DNA of 64,000 nucleotides from Yuukianura sp. NJ FZ-2021 (Eukaryota): assembly GCA_046563655.1 (NCBI GenBank), contig CM102288.1, forward strand, positions 310,001 to 374,000. The letters run 5' to 3'. Shown piece by piece: positions 44,176 to 56,000 of the stretch. Within the stretch, counting starts at the first letter, position 1, and every line of letters begins with the position of its first letter. The position numbers and the translations under genes were made by a program. The notes beneath the pieces were generated by a model, which saw only the letters and a list, made by a program, of their open reading frames with translations, did no database searches and was not told the DNA's origin.

Positions 44176-45952
44176 TTATTTTCTAAAATGTTTAATAACC
44201 ATGTTCAAATACTCCATTTTCTTTTCAGCTAGAATTCGAAGCTTATTTTCTGGCAAAGGGAAGAATTCATACTGAAAGCATTTGAGACACTTTTCCAAAT
44301 AAATTTTGGCTAATTTAACAGATTCTGGATTTGCTCTCAAAATTTTAAAATCGTCATCCCCTTCACCACCAACTAAAGCTAAGATGGCCGATTGCATTTC
44401 ATAGTACACCACTGCAGCGTACAAGTGCAAAGATCCTAGTCCAGGATCAATAATTTTCAAAATTCCGAGCAATTGGTTACAAATTTTGATTTTTTCGTCT
44501 AAAACGATCTTGTCGTTTTGTGTAGCTTCGTCTTTAGCAAATAGTTGAATCAGAGAGTGATTAACTATAAATGTTAAATAGTAGTTTGGGTGTGCTAAAT
44601 CTTCTAAAGCACGAAGCATATCTCGGTATGACTCAACGACCGGTTTCAAACGCGAAACCATTTCGGCTAAACGTTTGTCCACTTTAGCTACTTGCCAACT
44701 TTCGGTTGTTTTGTTACACTTTTGGCACTGCCAAGACATTGATGTCGACTCGGCACTCTTCGGCAAGCACACGGAGAATCCGGAACAATCTGCTGCTGGA
44801 CATTTGATTGTGCCGAAGTTCGAACCGAGTTCGGTCGGATCGGTACATCTCGGACAAGTACAGATAAAATATTTGCGTTTCTTCAAATCCTCTTGTCTTT
44901 TGTCCGTGTTCCATAGTAGATTGGTGTAGGTTGTGGTGATATGTTGACCTGGGTCAACTTTCGTCACGGTGCGGACGTAAAGGTCAACCGAATCGAGAGA
45001 GGTCAACGATTTTGGGACAAAGTATGTTCGCGTATTGGGAATGCAACTGTGCTCCATTAAGGCATAAGTTGGATAAATTCCAATCAGACTGAGGTTTGCG
45101 CCGCACTGAAATTCCGTACCGTTCGTATCGATGATACCGATGAGTCGGTGGAGTTCTACTTTTGAAATGTCGGGAACCAGCGGATGTCGGACATGAGCTA
45201 TAAGTTTTTTGAAATCTTCGAAAACGCGGGTCGTTTTCTCCAGTGATGGCAAGTCTTCACGTAAGGCACAGTTTGATTCCAGTGAGACCAGGGTTTCATA
45301 GGCTTCTGCGCAGAAGAATTTGAGCAGAAAGGCTCGTAAATACAAAAGTGATTGCATTACAGTCACGGTATTGTAAACTTTCATTTCTTCCGTGACGGCA
45401 GTAGCTTCTTCCGGAACCGATTCGGACAGAAACCGGCATTCTAGAGCCCTGTGCCAGCGTGAGTCGGAACAGCTTTCGGTACAAACCGGTAAGTGACACC
45501 GAACGCATTCCCGGTCATTGGAGGCGGAGTCTAATTCCAGGCAATCTTTGTAGCAACCTAGGCAAAACACGGCGGGATTTGACCCCTGACCTTGACTTTC
45601 TCCAGCGAGATTTCCGAGCTTTGGACCAATCAGAATCGGCTTGTCTTTTAAAACGATTTGATCGCTTTTGATGCTCTCAGTCGCCACGAGGTGGCGTCCC
45701 AGCTGATCATTTTTAGCAACCTGGATGGAAGTGTTCCAGACAAATTTTTAAACTTTGCCTCACTTTTCCAAAATTTTAAATTTCGACAATTTTTTTTTAA
45801 CTTACTTCAAATTTTCGGGCATTGCAAACTGGTTTATGTCGCTTCCAGTCCTTTTTCTGATGTTTAGCTGAGCAGTAGTACACTGCTCGACAGAAACTGC
45901 AACGCAGCGATGACACGGTTTGACACACCTCACATTTTCCTGAATCACCCAT
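44176..45952 (-). CDS. MYND and SET domain protein (arthropod SmydA/msta-like)
   Basis: Exon 45952-45806 encodes an N-terminal MYND finger (CEVC...CSFCRAVYYCSAKHQKKDWKRHKPVC) that the ORF track missed. Exon 45720-44176 has GRHLVA, LMEHSCIPN, YFICTCPRCTDPTELG and a helical C-terminus. Confidence 0.9.
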
Positions 45953-45992
45953 CACAAAGTGACTCAAATTTTGAAATGATTCCTGAAAAACG

Positions 45993-46180
45993 AAAAGGAC
46001 ATGTCCGGATAAGAGATTTCTGGGCCCTCGCGAAGCCTTGCATTGCGTGAAATAGGAGTTGAGATGAGAGAAATGAATGGGAGCAAATCACCATGTAACT
46101 TCTCCTATCCCACACCATGCAAAACTCCCATTGGGCCCAGCTCCCATCTCTTTCTTAAGCTTATCCGGACATGTCCTTTT
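45993..46180. repeat. MITE-like element with 21-bp perfect terminal inverted repeats
   Basis: AAAAGGACATGTCCGGATAAG (45993-46013) and CTTATCCGGACATGTCCTTTT (46160-46180). Inner CTGGGCCC/GGGCCCAG also pair. No clear TSD. Confidence 0.65.
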
Positions 46181-47471
46181 GTTTAGAAAAAGTTCAAACA
46201 GAAACACTCCGCTAAACTCTCACTTTTTCCTAAACTTCAGCCAAAGCCTGAAATTCCTGAGTTACTTCAAATTCTAAAAAGTTTTTTTTCGAAGCTGTTG
46301 CTTTTATTTTTGGAATTCTGCACACGGGTTTTGTGCGGATACCGGAAGCCGGTCGTTCCTCCGAAATACCCGAATCCGGGTATTTTCTGATCATCACTCA
46401 GCGCCTGTGCTAAGTCTATATTTCATTTCCGTATATCTATTTCCCTTGTCTGTGCTTTTAGTGCATGAACAAAACAAGGATGACCCCAATTCTACCCGCT
46501 TTTCGCATCTCCCGAAACATTTTTTTTTGCATCTCCCATTCCTCGGAGATTCGGACCAAAAACTCCGAACTTCAGTTTTTTCACAGATTGTTTTTTGCAC
46601 ATTGCCAATTTTAGTTTAAAAAAATTTAAAAGCTTAGCACTGCTTGCCGGATGGTAGTGTATGGTACTTCAAAAGTCTAAATATTTAGTTTCGTAGTGAA
46701 AAAAAAAGTTTAAAAGTGAAGAACAGAAAAAAGCATAAATTTTGAAGTGATCTCATCACTGGCCAAGGATAAACAAAAAAAAAAAAACACGAACAGTTCC
46801 ACTACTTTACCAGTTTAAATTTGGTCCAAAGTTGCTGTAAAATTGCTACTCGAAACAGACATAACCCCCAAAAAATACTTTTTTGTGTTTCTCTTTTTTT
46901 GAAGTGCATAAAAAAGTTAGCATTTTGCGAGTGTAACCACACAGTCAAGTGTGTTCCATCACCAGTTGAAAACCTGGAAGACCTTGAAATCTGTGCCTTG
47001 CAACGTTAGTTTTTTGGGATACCAAAGCCTATGAGCCCATAATTCATAGCAACAAAAACTCAACAATAGTTTGAACCAACCACTTTTTCCACGGTTCCAT
47101 CAGTCCTCAGCATAATTTGTGCCAATTAAGTGCAAAGTTTGGTCCTTTAGTGCCGTCTAAACAGATTGTGCAAAGGAGACACAAAAGAAAACATTTCTAT
47201 AGATTTCGAATTATCAGTCAGTTGCAGCCAAATTTTAAACACCGACCAACAAAAAGTGGAATTAGAGCTTAAATTTAATTTTATGAAATTTGGAACCTTT
47301 AAAAAAATCTACCAAAAAATTGTGATGTTTGTGAACACTTTCTTCTGTTAGAACAGAAAAAGTAGAAAAGAAAGTCTTTCTTCTTGCTTTTTTTAGTTAA
47401 AAGACAATCACCATTTCCAAACTGTTTTCTTAGTTGGAAAGTTAACTTGTGAACTTACGAGTTTTTGAAAA

Positions 47472-48074
47472 ATGGCGCTGAACTGTTTCATGAACTTGAA
47501 GAACGAAGTGACCAAGAAGATCAACAAGGTCATGAAGACGGGGAGTCTGGAAGATGGGAGTGCAGGGAGTGGTGCACCCAAGGACTTCTCCAAGGTCACA
47601 CTTTAGTTAAAAACAGTGTTAATTAAAAGTTAAAATTGAAATTTCAATTTGAACTGACGCTAGTTCTTCATTGAATTTTAGGTTGAAGGGCTTCTGAACT
47701 TGTTCAGTGGTGACGGGGGGACAGCGGCTGTGGTGGGAACTAAAGAAGGTGAAGAGGGCAAAGGTCAAGGTCAAAACGGGGTGAAGGCGGGTGGGGTTCA
47801 TCAGATCCTGGATGCCCTGCAGGGTGCGGGTGGGGTTCTGCCGGGGGTGAACTTGGAGGGGTTCCAGAAGTTCCTTCCTTCAGTCATGAAAGTGGCAGAG
47901 GTCATTGGGAAAAGTACGGGTGACCATACTCCCCGAACAGACACGAATGCTGACGGAACGACTGTTGACCAATTCGTGAAAACACAAGTGGATGGACGCA
48001 AGATCCACTCTGGAGTGGGGTCAAAGCGAGTCATGGAACTGGAAAGTGGGCCACAAAAGGCAAGTGACCTTTGA
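47472..48074 (+). CDS. Small Gly-rich protein of unknown function
   Basis: Exon 47472-47594 (MALNCFMNLKNEVTKK...) joins in phase 0 to 47682-48074, with higher-GC, coding-like composition. An alternative 3' end (NCLRKK*, stop at 48186-48188) is possible. Confidence 0.6.
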
Positions 48075-50045
48075 CCTCTTAACATTTTAAATATTTGAAC
48101 ACCAAAATATGAAAATTTTGACACAAAAGGCCAAAAAAGCGCAATGGAAACAGATTCTTCATCTTCAGATTGTTTACGGAAAAAGTAGTTCGCTGACGAT
48201 TGAGGCTGTGACTTAACCTATCCGAACGTAATCTGGTGAACACAAAGTATTTAAACTAAGTTTTTAAATTTGATTTTAACTGGAAACTAAAGTTGACACA
48301 AATGACCTTAGAGGATTTGTGGAAGTGAGAAGATGGACACGGTTGAAGAAGTACAACAGAACACTAAAAACTAAGTTTTTGTTGTTGGTCCTTGATTTTT
48401 CAAGGTCAACTTCTGTGTCACTTGAGTCAGCTCATGAATTCATAATGTTTGTGTCTGTAACTTCCAATCCAAAAGTCACTTTACACGGAATGTGAATGAT
48501 CATTGTGAAAAGCATTTCAAAATTTCCACAAGAGATATTATTATTCTCTTTTCGAAATTTTGAAAAGTTTACAGGAAAGTGATGAATAGGATTGAGGAGA
48601 AAAGCACGACTTCAACTTTCTTCTATCTGTTGAGTTTTGTTCGTAAAAATTTTCTGAATCAGAATTTGTTAAAAACAAAATGGTTGTAAACCGGTAAAAA
48701 TTGCTTAATCCAAAAACTTAAAAAATTTCTTCTTTTACCTTCTGCTTTCTCTCATCTTTGAAGCCCGTTTTCAATTTTCAAAACTTTATTTGAACAGAAC
48801 GATGAGCTATGGATCACTTTTTAAAAATAATTTACCGCCAAACACAAACACTGACAAACTGATGTCGAAATTTCACATGATGGATTACCTCTAGCAGTCT
48901 ATTTGTTTTTGGCTTCCAACCAAATTCAATCTGTCTTACTAAATTCAAATTTAGACACTTTAAGTGTTTTAGCGAGCGTCTAAAAACATGACGAGAAAAT
49001 TTCACGTCGCGAGTTTCCCTCGCGTCGTAAACTAAACCCTTTTTGAATTTTCACTTTGAAATTTAAATTTGTCGAGATATTGGAATTGGCACTTTGAATT
49101 TGAGATTTGACTTTGAATTTGAGAATCTCGAAGTGACAAATCCTGTTCCTCTTTTGTCTTTTCCTTGGGTTTGGAGCCCTTAAACCCTTAAGTGCTCCTT
49201 TTGTCCCTTCAAGAAAGTGGAGAAGCTCAAGGGCTCCCGTCCTTCTTCAAACTGAAAATGGAGAAAAGCTTAGTGAAAGTGGAATCCGGAATTTGAAATG
49301 CCGCGTTTTCGCGCAAGAAACATCCGAATCCGGACTAAAATGCTTTCTCCAGCGCCTCTTTTCCTCCAGTGCGCCACTGGAGTCCAGCCCATCCATACAT
49401 GTTTATACTGTCCTGACTTAAACATTTCAATAACATTTAATTGCTCAACTAAAGTTTACCTTTTACAATAGGTTTAGTTTAAATTTTAAATAGTTCTCGT
49501 TTGTGGTTTGGAGTAGTTGAGGAAGTGGTCACTTAACTAGAACACAGAGAGATGAGGGAGAAGTGGACTATAAAATACTATAAAGTACTACAAAGTCTAG
49601 ATTTGGTGTAGTTCGACGTGACCTCAAGTTGACCTCGGGCTTTTCGGTTTTTTATGGGTGAATTGGGGCGGAGGAGTGATAACAATTGGCGGAGTGTTGC
49701 TTTGGTCAATTTCTGCCAAGCGATAATCCTGACTGTCCCTGGTTTTGCAAGTAATGAGAAGATATGGGGCTTAAGGGCTGGTTGGCGGTGGAAGTGATAG
49801 CTTGAATCAACACTTTCCACACCACAAATGTGTCACGCTCCAGCGTTTCAGCGGATTTTGGAACCAGGCGAACCGAGTAACTGAATCATAACACAGTGAA
49901 AGTGGAACGCCAACATAATTTCATAAAAACACAGGATTTTCCAAATTTTTGAAATTTTGTTTTAAGTCAATCTGGAACTGAGGCCGCCAAAGTGAAAGTT
50001 CCAAATCAGGATTTTTTTTTGAAAAGTCCAGACTTTTTTGTGATC

Positions 50046-53000
50046 ATGCCTTACCGTCTGGGGGACAAGGTCATTTTTCGGGTGAGCTCTTCTTTGCAGT
50101 GTATTTTCAAAATCAACAAAGTTCGAAATTCTAAAATTAAAAAAGAATCAACAGAAATTCAACTTTTTGGAAAATTTTTACAACGTATAGTATTTGCCAA
50201 AGCCTGCATTTTGACCTGTAGGTCGTTTTTGTAAGGTTTTCTGAGACAAAATTATTCTTATAATTTCATCTATCGACTAAACTGTACAAAATCATTTTAG
50301 AAATTGTGAAATAACTTTTTGGAATTTCTACTGAAATAGCAAAAACATAATATGAGCTCGTTAGACTTCGGTTGTTCCAGAGTAATTGGGAAGGATAAGT
50401 CCTTAAGGGTCCCCCTTGTGACCCTTAAAAGGAAAGTTTTGATGTCCATTGTGTGTCTCTTCACATTAAACTTTTGTTTCTTCATTGAAATGGAATTGCA
50501 CAGAGGCTTGGATTTAGTTTGGAGAAAGTTGGAGTCCCTTGAGAGGACTTTGGCCAGACTTAATGGTGCCCTTAGTTCATCAAACTAAAGAAAAAGACTT
50601 AATTAACTAAATAATTGTTATTAACTAACTTCCAATCCAATCTCGGTCTCATTTGCAATAACTTTCTCATTTTCCAATTTTCCTTTGATCAATCCGGTAA
50701 TTCCAGAAACTAAAAATTTGAGAGTTGGATTTTCTAATTTGGAAGAAAAAAGACAAGTATCTCCAGTATACTCCGATTCTAACGAAAAAAAGAAGCTTTT
50801 CATTTCAAAATGTGAAATTGAAATGATATTTTGTCGTTTTTGGACTGTGTTTTTGTTTGAACTGTTTTCAATTTGTGTTAATTCCGGTCGTTTGGTTTGT
50901 GCGTAGATTGGTGAGCGTGGGAGTGGGTTTCGGATTCGTGGGAACTTGGATGCCCAGGACTATTTGAAACTGCGAGAGGAGTGGTCTGCAAGTGGGAAAC
51001 TGTTTGAGGATGATCAGTTTCCAGCAGAAGATGCGAGTGTGTTCTACTCAAAGGCTTCACAGAGACAACTCTACTGGAAACGACCTAAAGTATGCCAACA
51101 TAATGGAATTTCAACATAACAAAACATAACCTTAGTCTAACCTAAAACAATCTTCTAGAACCATTAGTACATAATTCTACGAAGAGAAAGTACAGAAAAT
51201 TTGAGCGTGTTAGCTTTACTTTTGATTTTTTCGAAATTTGGGAGAAAGTAAATTAGAAAGTTTTTGAGATTTGAGTTTGGTTTGCAGGAAATTTCAAGCG
51301 ATCCTCGGTTCTACGTGGAAGGGGCATCTCGGTTTGATGTTATGCAAGGAGAACTTGGTACGTTCATTTATACAATTTGATTAATATAACTAATAGTATA
51401 TAATATAAAATTAATATAAATTAATAGTTTATGATATTAACTTGTAGGTGACTGTTGGTTGCTTGCTGCCGTGGCCAATTTGACTTTGAGTGAATCCACT
51501 TTCCACCAAGTTGTGCCGAAGGACAACAGTTTCGTCAAGGACTACTGCGGCATTTTTCATTTTCGGTAAGAAATTACGTCTACGCGTTAAAAAATTTTTT
51601 TGTTAAATTTTTTTTGAAGAAAAGAAAAAAGGTAAAGAAGATCAGTTGAAGAGTTATTTTCAGCAAAAAAAAATTGTCGCTTCAAATTCATAAAATCAAG
51701 GTGAAAGACTAGGCTATAAAATAAAAATACCCTAAAATGTATGTATTTTCCTAATTTATGGGAATTTTAAAAATTCCAAAACATTGTTTTTTGAAAACAC
51801 CATCACATCTTCTAACTTTCTACAGAAGGACTTTTGGAGAAAGTCAGGATTAGAGGCTGAAAAATTGGAATTATGGAATTCCTAAGTGTATATTTCCTTT
51901 TTTATGAGAAATTCAAAAATTCCAAAATTAGAAAACACCATCACACCTTCTAACTTTCTACAGCTCAAGGACTTTTGGAAGGAAACACTACCAAGTGTAA
52001 AATGTATTTCGCTCACATATGAGTCATTTGAAAAACTCCATTTGAATATGCGTATCCATCTGATACAAAACTGAACACGCCCCTATTTCTGAACTTTTTT
52101 AAAATTAAATGGAGTTGAAGTAATTTGAATTAGAAAGTGTAAGGAAAACCACACTCTTGCACATTTTCAAAATGTCTGCAATGTTTCTCAATTTTCAACA
52201 ACTTTAACTTTGTACTGAAAATGTTCAAAATTGATAATTACTTTCCGCCTCGACTGTTATTAATTTTGACAGGATTGCTGAGCGTGGTTTGAGTAATGAC
52301 GTTAACTTTTCAAAAAGTTAAAAAGTTTAAAAAGAATAAAAAAGAAACTTGAAATGTCAAGTTGAATTAGTTTTTTGTTTTCTCTGACCTCCCTAACCTT
52401 ACACTTCTTCTCCCGCCGTGCTCTTCTATCTTTAGATTTTAGAATCTTAAAAAGTGTTTTGGAGTGAAATTAATGGAGAAAGTTGAGTGCGAGGTTTGAG
52501 AAGAAACTCCAACTTTAAAAAGAGTGAACAGAAGGAGGCTGATGAAAAAGTTAGAAAATTCGGCACGGGAGACTTATTAGAAATTTTCTTAGAAAAAGAA
52601 AAAATTTTGAAAAGCCAAAGTTTCACTTTACTTTTTTTTTAATTCATTTCCTCTTTGCCAAAAAATAATGATAAAGGAAAAGTTATGAGATTTTTCTTGC
52701 CAACGGCCCGGAGAAAGTCGCGTTTCAACCGTTCTCTGTAATAACGGAATGTTTTTTTTTAAATTGTACGTTGAAAAATTTTGGAAAAAAAAAATTTTTT
52801 TTGTTGATCCAGTTACTGCTGATCGTATCAAAGTTGGTGCATTGGTATGTTGATCTTGTAAAATCAGTTATGAGAAAAAACGACAGAAAAAGGCCTATTT
52901 CCTAAGAAAAAAAGCCTATAAAAGTCAGACTCCCTCTGGAACGTGTGTTGATTCCCTAAGGAAGATTTCCAACCAAAAAAATTCCTGAAATTCCAGAGAA

Positions 53001-56000
53001 AGTTCGTGCGTGTAAAAGACGATTCTTATTCCTTAAAGGACAAAAAGTGAAAGCTTTTCGCTTTTTCCCATGCCATCCTATTGTGTAAAGGCAAAGCAAA
53101 AAAGACAACGGCGCCACTCGACAATTTAGGCCACGCTTCTTTCTTTTTTCAAAATTTTGGCCTCGTTTTAGCCATTTTTCTAATCTAAAAAGTGGTCCTG
53201 TCTTGTTGACAACATACTGTGCCACGACATATTAAGGAGTCAAAAAGTTTTAGCAAGTCAGCAATAACCTTGACCTCCTCCTATTTCTCCAATATTTGCG
53301 AAATGGGAGAGTGGCCTTGGCTGAAATGATCTTCAGAGTGCAAAACTTTGCGAGTGGATTGGCGAAAACCATAAACACGAAAGCCATAGTCATAAAGAGG
53401 TCGAAATTATTCCGCAGCAGCACTGCGAATAATAGCACAACTAAACCTACTTTCTCCACTTCTACTTTTCGCAAACATTTTCGCAAAATATTTTTTGAGA
53501 AAACTAACACAACAAAATTTTATTGCAAATTCTTTATGATCTTCGATTCGATAAACTGATTCTTCTCGCAAACGTGTTTCAGGATGTTCTGAGTCGTTTT
53601 TGCCGGCTAAAATCGGAAGATTCAAAATATGGAAAAAATGAAGTTTGTGGAGATGTGAAAATTCAAAATTTTGATTTTTTTTCAGATTTTGGCAGTATGG
53701 AAAGTGGGTGGACGTGGTTGTGGATGACCGTTTGCCGTGTGACCAGAAAGGTCAACTGCTTTTCATGCACTCTGAGGATAAAAACGAATTCTGGAGTGCT
53801 CTACTCGAGAAAGCATATGCCAAGTAAGTGCAAATTTTCTTTTTTTTTGACTTTCACTTCAGCAGATCATACAGAGTACTCCAGGAACTCAATTTTTAAA
53901 AAAAAAAATAAATTCAATTTTAGAAATTGAGAAACTGCAGAGAAAACACGCGAAGGCCAATAAATTTTAATTTGCTTTATTGACAATTTTTATGTTCCGA
54001 GAAAAAGTGGAACAATGAAGATGAGTTTTCTTTCTGCAGAGAAAGTTTATGAAAAAGAGAAAACTGTTTTATGGTAGTAAAATTCCCGGGGTGCAGGAGA
54101 AATAATAATTTTTAGTCGTTCCAATTCCGAAAACTTGTTTTTATCAAATTTTGAAAATACTAGAGTTTATTTTGAAGAAAATGAGAAAAAGGGGAAAGCC
54201 TTCTCTAGAGAACTGGAATGATGATGTGATCGGAATTTATGGCTTTCCGCTGGAACTGTTTCCAAACTTCGCTGATTCTGAATTCAGCATCACCCCTTTC
54301 CATTCCAGCCGCTTCCCATTCTATTTAGCTTATCTCCAAAGATTTTGCAACTAAATTGAAACACTAACACTAAAAAAAGGAGATCAAGCCAAGTTTAGCA
54401 CAAAGTTTGCTTTCACTTGCTTTGTTTAACTTTAAACGGAAGAAAGCAAAAGAAGAGTACAATGGGCTAGTGGTGTGTGTTCCGGAGTTTGGAGCGACGG
54501 ATGCGGGTTCGCTTCCTGGTTGGGTCGTAAAATTCTTTCGCTAGATTACTGCTCCTCCTGTTGTAATTAACCTTAGGTTGGCACTTAAGGTCTATTTCAG
54601 TGGGTTGTTTATGTTGTTTATGCATGAGTAAATTTATGTTTCCGTTTACAGGCTGCACGGATCCTATGAAGCCCTGAAAGGTGGAACCACATGCGAAGCA
54701 CTGGAAGACTTTACAGGCGGAGTCACAGAGTTATACGAAGTTCAAACGGCGCCAACAAATCTGTTCAAAATTATGCTAAAAGCCAATGAACGATCTTCCT
54801 TTATGGGATGTTCCATTGAGGTAATTCATGAATTACTCCGAACTACATTCAGTAATTACCTCGAATTACTTTATTAACTATTTAGTAATTACCTGAATTA
54901 CTTTAAAAATTTCAGCCCGATCCAAGAGTTTTTGAGGCTGTGACACAACAGGGCTTGGTCAGAGGGCATGGTACGACAATTACTGTATTTGTAATTGTAA
55001 TTACATGTATTTCGATATGAATTACATGTGTAATTACCATGAACTTTTTTGTTTCAGCCTATTCCATCACTGACGCCAAGATGGTTGACATTCAAACTCC
55101 GCGCGTTTCTGGCAAGATTCCGCTTCTGCGGATTCGGAATCCCTGGGGCAATGAGACGGAATGGAAAGGAGCCTGGTCAGACGCGTGAGTAACTTTTTGT
55201 GCGTGACCCAATGTCACGTTTTAAGTGACATAAAAGTTGGTGACACGTCCATGTACCCTTAAGGGACTTATGATTGGACAATCCCAACTCCTTACAAGTA
55301 ACGTTGTTATAGATCTGCTGAGTGGCAGTACATTACTGACGACACAAAAGAGGATCTCGGCTTGACCTTTGATGCTGACGGGGAGTTCTGGATGTCGTTC
55401 AAAGACTTCTCCAAGTATTTCCAGCGTCTCGAGATTTGTAACTTGGGACCCGATGCCCTCGAGGACGAAGCTGCAGACGGCAAGAAGAAATGGGAAACGA
55501 GCGTCTTTGAGGTAAAGCACTCCAATTTTTTCAGATTTCAAATTCAGCGCTTGAGACTCCGTGACGCTGATGATGCGTGACCCGACGCTGGAAAAAACTT
55601 GACCTCATATTGACACAAGAACATTCGTGAAGTGAATTTTTCATTTTTTTATTTCAAGTGTTTCAAAAATGTCATGAGTCATGACGCTTGAGATTCAAGT
55701 GACTCATGAGTCACGAAGAGTCAAAATGTCTGACATGACCAGTGACTCTACTTTTGGGCATGACTGAGCAGGGCCGGCATTTTTCAAAAAAAAAATTTGG
55801 CGGGCTTTCCCGATTTCAAAAAAGTCATTGACTTTTGAAAATTAGTTTTATATTTTTAGGGATCTTGGATCCGTGGAGCCACTGCTGGTGGATGCAGAAA
55901 CTACATTGGTGAGCTAATCAAAAATTAATGACACTGAAAGTGGAAATTCAAAATTTCGAAATGAGTTTTTCGAAAATCAATTTCGTCAATCGATTTTTCT

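Noticed and set aside
45040..45060. EHSC instead of NHSC in the SET domain as a sign of inactivation
   Set aside because: Such variants are plausible in arthropod SmydA proteins and cannot be called unusual without an alignment.
51793..51980. Roughly 45-bp direct repeat (GAAAACACCATCACA.CTTCTAACTTTCTACAG) and other two-copy repeats near 12710, 56390 and 61266 as CRISPR-like
   Set aside because: Only two copies each in eukaryotic introns, consistent with local duplications.
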